A stretch of DNA of 64,000 bases from Piromyces finnis finn. Lineage: Eukaryota > Fungi > Neocallimastigomycota. Below the pieces are notes generated by a model that made no database searches, was not told the origin of the DNA, and saw only the letters and a list, made by a program, of their open reading frames with translations. A program made the translations under genes and the position numbers. Position 1 is the stretch's first letter, and every line of letters begins with the position of its first letter. This document shows, piece by piece, positions 14,676-25,900 of the stretch. The stretch lies in contig MCFH01000001.1 in NCBI GenBank assembly GCA_002104945.1, positions 124,001 to 188,000 on the forward strand, in the 5' to 3' direction.

Positions 14676-14760
14676 TTTGTAACCAGATTTCTGGTTTGTC
14701 CTCAAAGAATATAACCTCTCGAACCTGGCGTAATGAGTAGTCATGATAATCCATAATAAT
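14676..14760 (-). pseudogene. Degraded host Copia-1, post-integrase segment
   Basis: Minus strand reads IIMDYHDYSLRQVREVIFFEDKP, matching the ...KRVVEFLEDQP region of Copia-2 and continuing ...SNSYII from 45376 across TSD ATAAT. Confidence 0.75.
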
Positions 14761-14768
14761 TGTAATGA

Positions 14769-15593
14769 TGTAAGAATTAATAATTATTTATTGAATAATT
14801 ATTAATTCTTATTTAATTATTTTTTTAATTATTAAATTAATTAATTATTTAAATTATTAGCATACATTCATTTAAATTACTATAAACAGTTATTTATATT
14901 AATATTAATTATTCATTTACTAAATGTAAAATTTATTTAATTATTATATTAATTAATTATTTATTTAATTTAGTAATTTATCTAAAATAATAGTAAACAT
15001 TCATTTATTCTATTATTTAATAATTTTTGTATTACATTTTATAAGAAACATTATGTATTTTATTTTACGTTTGTATTTTATATTTATGTATCGTATCTTG
15101 AAATAACTTATAGAAACAACTAGAAGATATAAATAAATATTAGGACAATCGGATATTAAAGTTTTTCCGAATTTTATTCGGTTTTACTTAATATTACGAT
15201 GATTGATATATTAGTTATCAATCGAATATCTTTTTAGGTTTTTCTTCTAGTCTTTTCCTAAAAAGATTATTTGTTAAGATTAGAAATTTTTTATTAAACT
15301 TTAAATTATTAAAAAATTATAAATAAAAGAACTCTGGAATACCACTTAAAAATCCAGAGTTATTATTATAAGAACTATTATAATAAATAACCTTTATTAA
15401 AACAATATTAATAAAATATTTTAAATTAATTAACATTAAAAGTTTTGTGTTGTTTATTATACTTCCTTATAATAAACTCTTATTAAGATAAGTATAAAAT
15501 TTTATTTTAACTTCTCAGTTTAATAATACTAATTATTATTAAATTGAAGATAATAATTATTATTATATAATATATATAATAATAATTATTACA
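14769..15593. mobile_element. Solo LTR family E, copy E1
   Basis: TGTAAGAA...ATTATTACA; TSD AATGA (14764-14768 / 15594-15598). Confidence 0.9.
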
Positions 15594-16119
15594 AATGAAT
15601 ACTGTAAAAGGTTTATTATAATATTAGTTAATAGGTTATTAAATTAGTTAATTAAGTTAGTTATTACCTCTCTATACGAGTTAATAACTAAATAAAGTTT
15701 TATAAAAAATAATAAAAGAAGGAAAATAAATATTATAACACTAAAATAAATATAAACACTTATATAAATATTTTATGAAATAACTTTTACTTAAATAATT
15801 ATATTTTAATTATATCTTTTATTTATTAATTATAATTATCTACATTAATTATTATTATAGTTATTAATTTACTTTAATACTAACGCTAAAGTATTTAACG
15901 TTAGTTTTGACTATACTATTTAACTATATGAGTTTATTTTCTTTACCACTTGATTGGGTAAAGCAAATAAACTTCCTATTTAATTAATAACCATTAATAT
16001 ATGGTTATGCATATATTTGGCCAATAAATGGTGACCAGAATATATGGTTTCAATTGAAATATTTGTGGGCAAACTTATGGCCACAAATATTTCTTACAAT
16101 GCCCCCCTAAGGAGAAAAC

Positions 16120-19100
16120 CTAGGCAGGGTTTTGGACACTAACCATGAATTCCTGGTAGCATTTATCTTGAAATTCCTTGAGTAGCTTATCATAGTGGGA
16201 GTTCTTGTCAATGATATCGGCATCAACCCACTCTTGTCTAAAGTCACTAAAGGTAGCTAAGTATTGGTAGTTATCCTTCTTTCTTCTGGCATTCATGATT
16301 TTGATAATTTTCTGGTAGCCCACTGGTGCAGGTGTTAGTTCTTCAGGTTTGTTATGGTAGGGTTCAAGTTCACTGATGTGAAACACAGGGTAGACATTGG
16401 GGAAAGGTGACTTGCTGATATCTAACCGGTAGTTGAGCTTGCTTTCATCAATTCCAATAACCTTGAAGGGACCGTACTTTCTTGCTTGTAGCTTGTAGAA
16501 GGGAAGAGGGTTGTAATTTTCTGGTTTTCTTAACCACACCAAATCCAGGAGCCTAATTTTAGGGTAGTTAAGTTCTCTTCTATGGTCCAAATGGTCTAAG
16601 AACCGTGTTCTTGATATGTCCAACATGTGCTTTAAGTTACCTAAGTTGTGAGCGAAGCTATCTAATATAGGAGCTTCACCAAGTGAGTGGACAAGTTCTG
16701 AGTCTTGAGGGTTCATATGTACCTGGTAGTTATACAAGGCTAGGAATGGGGACTGCTTAGTAGAACTGTGCACTGCATTATTATAACAGAACTCAGCTAA
16801 GTACAAGTACTTCAACCATTCGTCGTCATCAAAGGTCTTCACAAAGCATCTAAGGTACATACTTACGTAGGAGTTGTTACGTTCTACCTGACCAACTGTT
16901 TCATGATGGCCAGTAGTAGCAAGGTTTACTTCTACGCCAAAGAACCCCATAATGTCCTTCCACAACTTACTAGTGAACTGGACACCACGATCCGTAGTAA
17001 CCGATCTGGGACAACCATGTAACTTGAATACATGTTGTAAGTATGCTAAGGCTGTCTCTTTAGCAGTAGGCATACTCCTAAATCCCACTAAGTGTATCAT
17101 CTTGGTTAACTTATCGCTACAAACCATGATACAACCTCTTCTAGTGACTTCTGGGGGTTCTGAGGGACTACTACCTGGTTTTCTACGTTCCTTAATAGGT
17201 AGGTCCGTCAGGAAGTCAATTTCTACTTCTTGCCAAGGTAAGTCTGTAACTTTTACCCTAGCAGCGCTACCGTACGGCTTGTGTCTGTTGTCCTTTTGGG
17301 TACAACATATGGTACAAGCTTTAATATATCCCGCAATGTCATCCTTCATTTTTGGCCAGTAGTAGTTTCTGGCTATCAGGTCATAAGTTTTATCTTTTCC
17401 CAGATGACCTGCTGTTTCACTATCGTGGTTAAGTTTTATGATTGTTTCCCTTAACACCTTTGGTACATATGTACGTTCTGGTGCATCCTTTCTAACAATC
17501 AACCCATTAACCATCAACCACTTCTTTTTGATGAGCTTGTGGCCTCGTTTTGCGTCAAGACCATCTCTAATTTCCCTAGCAAGCTCATCCGTGTTGTAAG
17601 CTTGTTTCAGTTCTCCCACAAAGCTTACTTCTAACACCGCATAGCACTCTTCTTCCACGGGTGGAAATTCTTTTACCTGTTCAGGTCGAAGGAGGCTAGC
17701 TTTTTCCATCTCCAGTTGTACCTGTTCTGGAGATACCATTCTTGATAGGATATCGGCTCTACCATTCATTTTCCCTGGCCGATATATTATTTCGAAGTTG
17801 TATGCAGCAAACAGCTCTTGCCATCTTGCCTGTCTTGCTGTCAACAACTGTGGTTTTGTGGCGAACAGGAGATTCCTATGGTCACTATATACTAGGACCT
17901 TATGTTTCGCACCCATTAACAGGTGTCGCCACTCGATGAAAGCATTCCTAATAGCCAACAACTCCTTTTCCGTGATGGAGTAGTTGATTTCTGCTTTCGT
18001 AAGCTTCTTGGAATAGTAATACACAGGGTGTAATTCGTTGTCATCGCCTAGTTGTGATAGTACACCACCCACCGCGTAGTTACTAGCGTCGCACTCCACT
18101 ATGAACTGACGGTCATGGTCAGGATATGCTAATACTGGTGGAGACAACAGCATTTCTTTTAACTTCTCGAACGCCTGGATGCGTTCTTCATTCCACAGGA
18201 ACTGTACCTTTTTGGACGTCATAGCATATAACGGCCTTGCTATCTTAGAAAAGTCCTTTATAAACTTCCTATAATAGTTGCAGAATCCAAGGAATGACTG
18301 TAGTTCTTTAATGTTGGTTGGTTGTGGCCAACTTGCTACAGCTTTTAACTTTTCTGGGTCGGTTTTAATACCATATTTTCCAACTACATGACCCAGGAAT
18401 GCAAGTTCTTCCTTGTGGAACTCACACTTCGCCAACTTAGCTACTAGACGATTATCTATTAGCTTTTGTAGGACTCTTTTTACATGCCCTACATGCTCTT
18501 CAAGTGACTTGGAGTAGATGATGATATCATCCAAGTACACTTGACAGCAATCATTGATTTCCTCTGCCAGCACCGTATTAATGAACCCTTGGAACGTGGC
18601 AGGAGCATTAGTCAACCCAAATGGCATCACTAGATATTCATAATGCCCAAACTTGGTTGAGAATGCCGTCTTGTATTCGTCACCTTCACGAATACGCACG
18701 AGGTTGTAGGCAGACTTCAAATCCAACTTGGAGAAGATAGTCGCGCCTTTCATAGCCTCAAACACTTGACTGATGAGTGGTAAGGGAAAGGAGTTACGCA
18801 CTGTTACCTTATTAAGACGCCTATAATCAGTACATAATCGTCTTTCACCACTCTTTTTGGGCACGAATAACACAGGATAACCTGCAGGACTTTCTGACTT
18901 CCTGATGAAGCCTTTTGCCAGGTTTTCCTCTATATATTCCTTCAGTGCTTTTTCCTCTTCTGGATTGAAGGGATATATAGGCCCTTTATGAAGACTAGCA
19001 TCCGGCTCCAGGTCGATCTTACAGTCGTAAGGACGGTGTTCTGGTAGCTGGTTAGCTATTTCTTCATTAAATGCTTCTTTGAAATTGTGGTAGTACTTCT

Positions 19101-21660
19101 CCACGATTTCTTCAGGTGTGGGTTGATTTTCGTTTAAGTTTTCTCCCTGTACCAACCCTACGTAAATGTGATTTTTCTCTAAGTTCGACTCTTGTACCAA
19201 CCCTACTGAAACACAAGTTTTTTCTAAGTTGGATTCAAATGTCAACCCTCCGGAATCACATTTTTTCTCTAAGTCAACACTCTGTACCAACCCTACTGAA
19301 ACGGGATTTTTCTCTAAGTCAGAACTTCGTGTCAACCCTCCGGAAACACAAGTTTTCTCTAAGTTGGAACTCGATACCAACCCTCCGGAACTTCCGTTTC
19401 TGGTTTCTTTTGTAGCCTTGTGGCTACCATTGCCCACGATTTCGGCTTCAATGTTTTCTGCGGTTACAGTTACCAGAGGCCTTCTTGCTTTTGCATTAGT
19501 AACTGTATTTATGGGACTTAATTGAGTACAGTAGTAGATGTCACCACCATTCACACCATAACTGTTGGTATGTCCTTTATCCTTATCATTATCTACTACG
19601 AAGTACCTCACTTGTGCATCTTTATCGTAACCTCTGTAGATAAAGTGCTCATCCATGAAGCCCAGTCCCACAATGATCATCTCCGGCATGTTGTCGGATA
19701 GGTGACAACTTGTGTTGAAGCAGTATGGTTTAGCTTCTTGTTCGCCAGATGGAGTTAACCATAACTTCAACTGCAAGTCATCTGAGAACTGCTTTAACTC
19801 GATATCTCCATTCACAGTTCTGAATATGGCTGGTTTGTCCACTACCTTTAACCCGAGCTTCTTTGCCAAATTTGGATGAATGAGGTTTGTAGTGGAACCA
19901 GTATCATACAAGACTTCTACCCTTTTTATATCTCGAGGGTTGCTTCTTGCATTTATTTCAGCTACTAATTGGTTCTGACTGTAGTAGCTGTTATTAACCG
20001 TCGTTTGACTTGCCATAGCCTTAGGTAATGGGTTATTTCCCATACTAGAAGGTCCTTGCCTTGGTTGGAAGCTAGAACTTCTTCTAAAGCTTGACTTGTT
20101 TAATGATTCACGACGTTCTTTAATACCGTTATTGTTTTTTGCGTAAGCCTGAGTGTTGGTCTGCTCAACTTTAGGCTTATTATTTGGCTTGTTGTTCTTC
20201 TGCTTTAACTCAGCCCATCTAGATGGTCTACATGGGTCTGTGATGTCCAACAAGGCCATAATAGTGGTCTGGCGGTCTCTTTTGTCGTACTTTTCTATGG
20301 TTTCATTACGGAAGACTGCTTGGTGATCATCGCACTTTAACAAGACTTCACTTAATGTTTCCAGCGTACGTTCCTGTTCAGGGATATCATAGAACGCTTC
20401 CCTGACAGAAGGCCTGACCTGTTGTATTAACACCTGTCTCCTAACATTTTCAGGAAGCCCAAGTGTTTCCGTCAATTCATTGAACTCTTCCAAGTAGTCG
20501 TATGCTTTTCCCCACTCATGTGTGAGTTTAAGCAACTTTGACTTGCAGAGTTCATGGGGAGACTCTGGTGGAAACTTATCTTGAAGGTGGAGGAATAGTC
20601 TTTCAGCATCAGGATTCCTACGCTGCAGCGTCCTCTCTCTAAGTCTATACCATCTCAATACTTTACCACCTAGATGATCTTCAATGAAGCTAACCTTTGC
20701 CTTTTCGTCGTTACCATAGTCATATGGATAACGTTTGAAATGACGTAAGCACTTCTCTTGAAAACCCTCTAAGTCTATCCCATTATTATCAAACATAGGC
20801 ACTTTTTCTTCATACCTATGTACTCGCCAGTCGAACATCTTCACGTCCCCATCCTCGGAGTATTCCGTAGGGTTGGTGCTGCTACTAGTTCCAGCACCAT
20901 GAGGATTACCCGTACCACCGGTTTGATAGGATGTTCTTTCATGAGCTCTGGCTTCAGCTCTTCTGTTTATGGCTTCGACTTTAGCCTCGAACAATTTTTC
21001 TCTTTCTTCTAGAGCGTTTCGTTGCTCCCTCAATCTGGCCATCTCTTCTTCAAGCTCTTTTTTATAAGAGACAAAGGCACTAGATTGGCGGTACAACGTT
21101 TCTTGGTTGTTTAGCACTTGCTGGTGGTCTTGTAACCTTTCCTCATGTTCTGCAGTAAAGGCATTTTCCACAGCATGCAGCTCTTCCAAGCTAACTTGGC
21201 TAGCTGACTCATTTGCTTCCAACCTTTGATCCACTTCAACAAATTTTTGCTGAAGAGCATCGTTTATCTCGCTCTTGTAAACCTCAATACCCCGCAGTTG
21301 TTCTTCCATAGCACCCAGACGGTTTCCCATACTAGCAAACTGGCTAGATATTTCCGAAACCCATCTATTAAGAAGAACCTCAATGTGTTGCATTGGGTTT
21401 ACCTCACTATTATTAGTAAAAAAGAAAGAAGGATCAACAGGGGCGGGCATAGAATCCCCCTGTTGAACCTGTAAATTCTGATTAGATTCGACCTCAGTGC
21501 TTTCGAGAAGCACCGGGGTTCGAACCCGTGACATTCCCTCTACACCATCCATGCCATCCGCGCTCGCCGCGTCAGGACGGGTCCCGTCCCTTACGAATGA
21601 TGTTTTTGTGTCCAATTTATGGACACCCCGAGGGTTAGGCGACTTACCTGCGTTTTTCAT
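16120..21660 (-). CDS. gag-pol: B2 single-ORF Gag-Pol, 1846 aa (Gag, PR, RT, RH, IN, degenerate chromodomain-like tail)
   Basis: LYDTGS protease, YLDD RT, ECDAS RNase H, HDSETAGH...CTIC, TDRG integrase, KYGPF motif. Confidence 0.95.
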   Translation of the reverse strand: MKNAGKSPNPRGVHKLDTKTSFVRDGTRPDAASADGMDGVEGMSRVRTPVLLESTEVESNQNLQVQQGDSMPAPVDPSFFFTNNSEVNPMQHIEVLLNRWVSEISSQFASMGNRLGAMEEQLRGIEVYKSEINDALQQKFVEVDQRLEANESASQVSLEELHAVENAFTAEHEERLQDHQQVLNNQETLYRQSSAFVSYKKELEEEMARLREQRNALEEREKLFEAKVEAINRRAEARAHERTSYQTGGTGNPHGAGTSSSTNPTEYSEDGDVKMFDWRVHRYEEKVPMFDNNGIDLEGFQEKCLRHFKRYPYDYGNDEKAKVSFIEDHLGGKVLRWYRLRERTLQRRNPDAERLFLHLQDKFPPESPHELCKSKLLKLTHEWGKAYDYLEEFNELTETLGLPENVRRQVLIQQVRPSVREAFYDIPEQERTLETLSEVLLKCDDHQAVFRNETIEKYDKRDRQTTIMALLDITDPCRPSRWAELKQKNNKPNNKPKVEQTNTQAYAKNNNGIKERRESLNKSSFRRSSSFQPRQGPSSMGNNPLPKAMASQTTVNNSYYSQNQLVAEINARSNPRDIKRVEVLYDTGSTTNLIHPNLAKKLGLKVVDKPAIFRTVNGDIELKQFSDDLQLKLWLTPSGEQEAKPYCFNTSCHLSDNMPEMIIVGLGFMDEHFIYRGYDKDAQVRYFVVDNDKDKGHTNSYGVNGGDIYYCTQLSPINTVTNAKARRPLVTVTAENIEAEIVGNGSHKATKETRNGSSGGLVSSSNLEKTCVSGGLTRSSDLEKNPVSVGLVQSVDLEKKCDSGGLTFESNLEKTCVSVGLVQESNLEKNHIYVGLVQGENLNENQPTPEEIVEKYYHNFKEAFNEEIANQLPEHRPYDCKIDLEPDASLHKGPIYPFNPEEEKALKEYIEENLAKGFIRKSESPAGYPVLFVPKKSGERRLCTDYRRLNKVTVRNSFPLPLISQVFEAMKGATIFSKLDLKSAYNLVRIREGDEYKTAFSTKFGHYEYLVMPFGLTNAPATFQGFINTVLAEEINDCCQVYLDDIIIYSKSLEEHVGHVKRVLQKLIDNRLVAKLAKCEFHKEELAFLGHVVGKYGIKTDPEKLKAVASWPQPTNIKELQSFLGFCNYYRKFIKDFSKIARPLYAMTSKKVQFLWNEERIQAFEKLKEMLLSPPVLAYPDHDRQFIVECDASNYAVGGVLSQLGDDNELHPVYYYSKKLTKAEINYSITEKELLAIRNAFIEWRHLLMGAKHKVLVYSDHRNLLFATKPQLLTARQARWQELFAAYNFEIIYRPGKMNGRADILSRMVSPEQVQLEMEKASLLRPEQVKEFPPVEEECYAVLEVSFVGELKQAYNTDELAREIRDGLDAKRGHKLIKKKWLMVNGLIVRKDAPERTYVPKVLRETIIKLNHDSETAGHLGKDKTYDLIARNYYWPKMKDDIAGYIKACTICCTQKDNRHKPYGSAARVKVTDLPWQEVEIDFLTDLPIKERRKPGSSPSEPPEVTRRGCIMVCSDKLTKMIHLVGFRSMPTAKETALAYLQHVFKLHGCPRSVTTDRGVQFTSKLWKDIMGFFGVEVNLATTGHHETVGQVERNNSYVSMYLRCFVKTFDDDEWLKYLYLAEFCYNNAVHSSTKQSPFLALYNYQVHMNPQDSELVHSLGEAPILDSFAHNLGNLKHMLDISRTRFLDHLDHRRELNYPKIRLLDLVWLRKPENYNPLPFYKLQARKYGPFKVIGIDESKLNYRLDISKSPFPNVYPVFHISELEPYHNKPEELTPAPVGYQKIIKIMNARRKKDNYQYLATFSDFRQEWVDADIIDKNSHYDKLLKEFQDKCYQEFMVSVQNPA
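19140..19395 (-). repeat. 45-nt (15-aa) coding tandem repeat between PR and RT
   Basis: SSNLEKTCVSGGL..-type unit: 5 copies in B2, 4 copies in B1 (~8240-8450). Confidence 0.9.
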
Positions 21661-22997
21661 TTCTAATTCGAAAATAAATTCTTTTAATAAATTAAAGAAT
21701 TTATTATATAAAATATGGTTATAATGAATTTTAAAATTTAAAAATAATGAATTTTTAATGCTAAACTATTAAAAAATAATTATTTTTAATAATAAATTTA
21801 CTTCTTTTAAATATAATATTTGAATATTATATAAAATATTGTAAATAATTATTATTAAACAATAATTTAAATAAAATAAAATATGTTTTTTAAGAATTTT
21901 TTAATAACACTAACCTAATTAAAACTAAGCTAACGTAAGAACTAACTATAAAGCGTTAGTATTGTAAAAGGTTTATTATAATATTAGTTAATAGGTTATT
22001 AAATTAGTTAATTAAGTTAGTTATTACCTCTCTATACGAGTTAATAACTAAATAAAGTTTTATAAAAAATAATAAAAGAAGGAAAATAAATATTATAACA
22101 CTAAAATAAATATAAACACTTATATAAATATTTTATGAAATAACTTTTACTTAAATAATTATATTTTAATTATATCTTTTATTTATTAATTATAATTATC
22201 TACATTAATTATTATTATAGTTATTAATTTACTTTAATACTAACGCTAAAGTATTTAACGTTAGTTTTGACTATACTATTTAACTATATGAGTTTATTTT
22301 CTTTACCACTTGATTGGGTAAAGCAAATAAACTTCCTATTTAATTAATAACCATTAATATATGGTTATGCATATATTTGGCCAATAAATGGTGACCAGAA
22401 TATATGGTTTCAATTGAAATATTTGTGGGCAAACTTATGGCCACAAATATTTCTTACAAATACTAGAAATAACTAAATTGTCTTAGTGGTTAGTAGCTAA
22501 AACTTTGAGTCTGAATGACACTAGTTCGAGACCTCATAGATACTATTTTAAAAAAATTATAATTTTATTTTATTTTATTTTTTTTATGATTAAATATTAT
22601 TATTATAATATTTTATATAACACCAACACTTTATAAATAAATATTTGTATAATATGTATATATATTATTTTATATTTATTTATTATTATTTATTTATTAA
22701 TATTTGTTATTAATATTTATTATTATTTAATACAAGTTATTTAATAATGTCTTTTCTTATATTATGAAAAGAACTACATTTTAATAATAGTAAAAAATAT
22801 ATATTTATATAATATTAAATAAAATTATACTTTTCATATAATTAATTTAATTAATACATAAAAATTTAAATAATATATAATTATATAATTAATTAATAGT
22901 AAATAAAATATAAAATTATTTCATTATAATTTTAACATTCTCCCAAAAGTATAAATACTTTTATTTAATATTCATTTAATATTCATTTAATATTCAT

Positions 22998-25900
22998 TTA
23001 ATATTTATGTAATAAATTATTTCTAAAAATAGACATTTTTGTAGCATCCAAATATTTTGTGAAACCATCAGCAATGTTATTTAAGGACTTGATATATTCC
23101 AATTTAATTTTTTTTCTCTTTTACCATTTCTCTTATTTTATGATACTTAATATCAATATGTTTTGATTTTGGATTAATAGTATCATTTTCAGCATTATAA
23201 ATTGCTGCCTGGTTGTCAATGTTTATTACAGTACATTTATGAGTTATCCCTAACTCATTAAGTATGTTTGCATACCAAAGTGAATGTTTTCCGCACTCAC
23301 ATAAGCTGTAATATTCTGACTCAGCTGTAGAGGTAGCAATACAATGTTGAAGTTTCGAAAACCAACTCGTGGGACCACTTCCCATGAAGAAAACAAATCC
23401 GGTGGTTGATCTTCTGGTTACTTTGTCACTACCGTAGTCTGCGTCTACAAAGGTCTTTAAAGAAGCTTCGCCTGAATAGAGCAATCCGTAATTAATGGTT
23501 CCTTTGAGGTATTTAAAAATTTGAATAACATTCTCCCAGTCTTTAAAAGTAGGTTCTTGTGATTTTCTGGCTGCTTTGGTGACTGAAAATAAAATGTCTG
23601 GTCTAGTAGATATAGCAAGATATAGTAAACTACCAATGGCTGCACGATACTTTGTTGGGTTATATTTTTCTTGTTTATCATCAACTTCGTTTGCTGGTTT
23701 AGGTGTTTTGCAAGGTTTACAGTTTTCTAAGTTGAATTTTCTTAAGATATCTCTAAGGTATCTTTCTTGGTGAAGTAAGTATCCATTGTTTAATTTTTCA
23801 AATTTAATTCCAATAATAAAATCTGCATATCCAATATCGGTAACTTTGTATCTTTTCTTTAGTAATTCTTTAGTTTTATTTATTTCATAATTGTTACCTG
23901 ATATTAGGATATCATCGACATATATTCCTAACAAACATTTTATATTATTGTTATCATCTTTCTTAACGAAAATACAGGGTTCACTTACCAGTCTTTTAAA
24001 TCCAATATTAGTTAAAGTATCAGTTATATTATTATTCCATTCTCGTGCTGCTTGCTTGAGACCATAGAGTGCCTTATTTAGTTTCCAATAGCCTTTTCGG
24101 TAAGTAGAGTCTCCTTCTGGAGCATACATATAAATACATTCATTTAAGTCAGCATATAAATAAGCTGCCTTTATATCTAATTGATGTATATAAAATTTCT
24201 TTTCTGCTGAAATAGCTGTAAGAATTCTTAGTGAATCATGTTTTAATGTTGGAGAAAATGTTTCTTTGTAGTCCGTACCGTATTCTTGAGTGAATCCTCT
24301 AGCTACTAAGCGTGCTTTATACTTGGTAATGTTTCCTTTGCTATCCCTTTTAATTTTGAACACCCATTTTGAGGTAATTACATTAGTATTTTGTGGAACT
24401 TTGTTTATTTTTTCATATACTTTGCGTTCTTTCATATTGTTTAATTCATCATTTATAGCGTCAAGCCATCTTCTTTTATCTTTTCTCTTAAAGATTTCAA
24501 AAAAACTTGTTGGTTCTGTTATTTGGTTATCTGTCGTTGATGATTTATCAACGTTATTTATTTCTTTTCTTATTCTTTTACTAGTTGTATACTTTTCATT
24601 ATTATCCAAAATTTTTCTTTTGTTCCTTGGATAATTTGGATATTGTCTTTGTTCTACATCTAGTGAATGGTTTGGAATATAGCTTAATGAGTTATTATTT
24701 TTTTGTTTATTTTTATTTAATTCTGATAAACTAATTCCATTGTCCAAGTCTTTAGCCTTATAAGAAATTTTGTTCTTAGATTTTCTTTCGCTTTCAATTA
24801 TTTTATTTATCCTTTCTTCTTTGTTTAAGAATTTATTTCTTTTAATTTTAATTTTACTTTCATCTTCACTTTCTTCGTCACTGTCGATTACTTTTCTTTT
24901 ATTTTTCTTTTTATGAATATTATTATTGTTGTTTTTAATTTTATAACTGTTATTGTCTTTCATATTATTAATGAAGTTATTATTTATATTATTATTTATA
25001 TTATTCTTATTATGTGAATTAATAATATTAACGTTGTTATCGTCATTATTATCATTAAATTTATTTATATGATTTATGTTATTAATATCATTATCATCAT
25101 ATATTTCATTAATATTTTTATTTGTTTTATTTAAATTATTATCTTCTTTTGTATTATTATTTTTATTTTTTATTTTATTTTTATTTAAATCATTACTTTC
25201 ATTTGAATTATTATTTTCATCTGAAATATTGTTTTTATTTGGATTATCGTTTTCATTTGAATTATTGTTTTTATTTGAATTGTTATTTTCATTTAAATTA
25301 TTATTTTCATTTAAATTATTATTTGTGTTTAAATCGTTATTTTCTTTTAAAATATTATTTTCATTTAAATTGTTATTTTCATTTAAATTGTTATTTATAT
25401 TTAAATTGTTATTTATATTTAAATTGTTATTTTCATTTATGTTATAATTTTTAATGTTTTCTTTATTATTATTGTTATAAATAATATTATCCTTATTATT
25501 ATTACTATTAATGCCGATATAGTTATTGTTGGCATTATATTTTATTTTATTAAAATTATTTGGAAAATCATTGTTATTAATGTTTGATGATATGCCAATT
25601 TCTATGTCCTGTTGAAGACTTTCGTTATCGTCCCCCTCCATTTCATTGATTAATGAATCATGATCGATGAAATTGACATTTTTGACGTTATCATCAAAAT
25701 TAAAATTACCTGGTTGGTCTTCTAAAAATTCAACTACTCTTTTGATGACAATTTTAAAAGAATTTAAGTCAAAAATTCTGAATCCGGTAGAAGTGTCATC
25801 ATAACCAATAAATATGCCAGGTAGCGAAGTGCTTTCAAATTTGTGTTTTTCAGTGTTACGTTTAAGATGTAACACTTTACATCCAAAAACACGAAATTTA

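Larger units (their letters stand above)
15603..22458 (-). mobile_element. Ty3/Gypsy family B, copy B2 (full length, apparently intact)
   Basis: 496-bp LTRs 15603-16098 and 21963-22458, identical by eye; TSD AATAC; PBS 21952-21962; PPT 16099-16110. Confidence 0.97.

Noticed and set aside
14761-15593. Family E as the LTR of the 29693-34135 ORF
   Set aside because: TSDs AATGA and TGAAT show that E copies are solo inserts within the first bases of the true J LTRs
6055-21724. Short + strand ORFs duplicated in B1/B2 (and similar ones in A1/A2)
   Set aside because: Shadows of the antisense pol frames; their conservation is explained by element identity
23104-23115. Programmed frameshift at the Copia-2 C-terminus
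   Set aside because: It would cut off essential RNase H residues and lacks a downstream structure; a homopolymer slip or sequencing error is simpler
25076-25454. Repetitive Leu/Phe- and Tyr-rich + strand ORFs
   Set aside because: Antisense read-outs of the 18-nt Asn repeat in Copia-2
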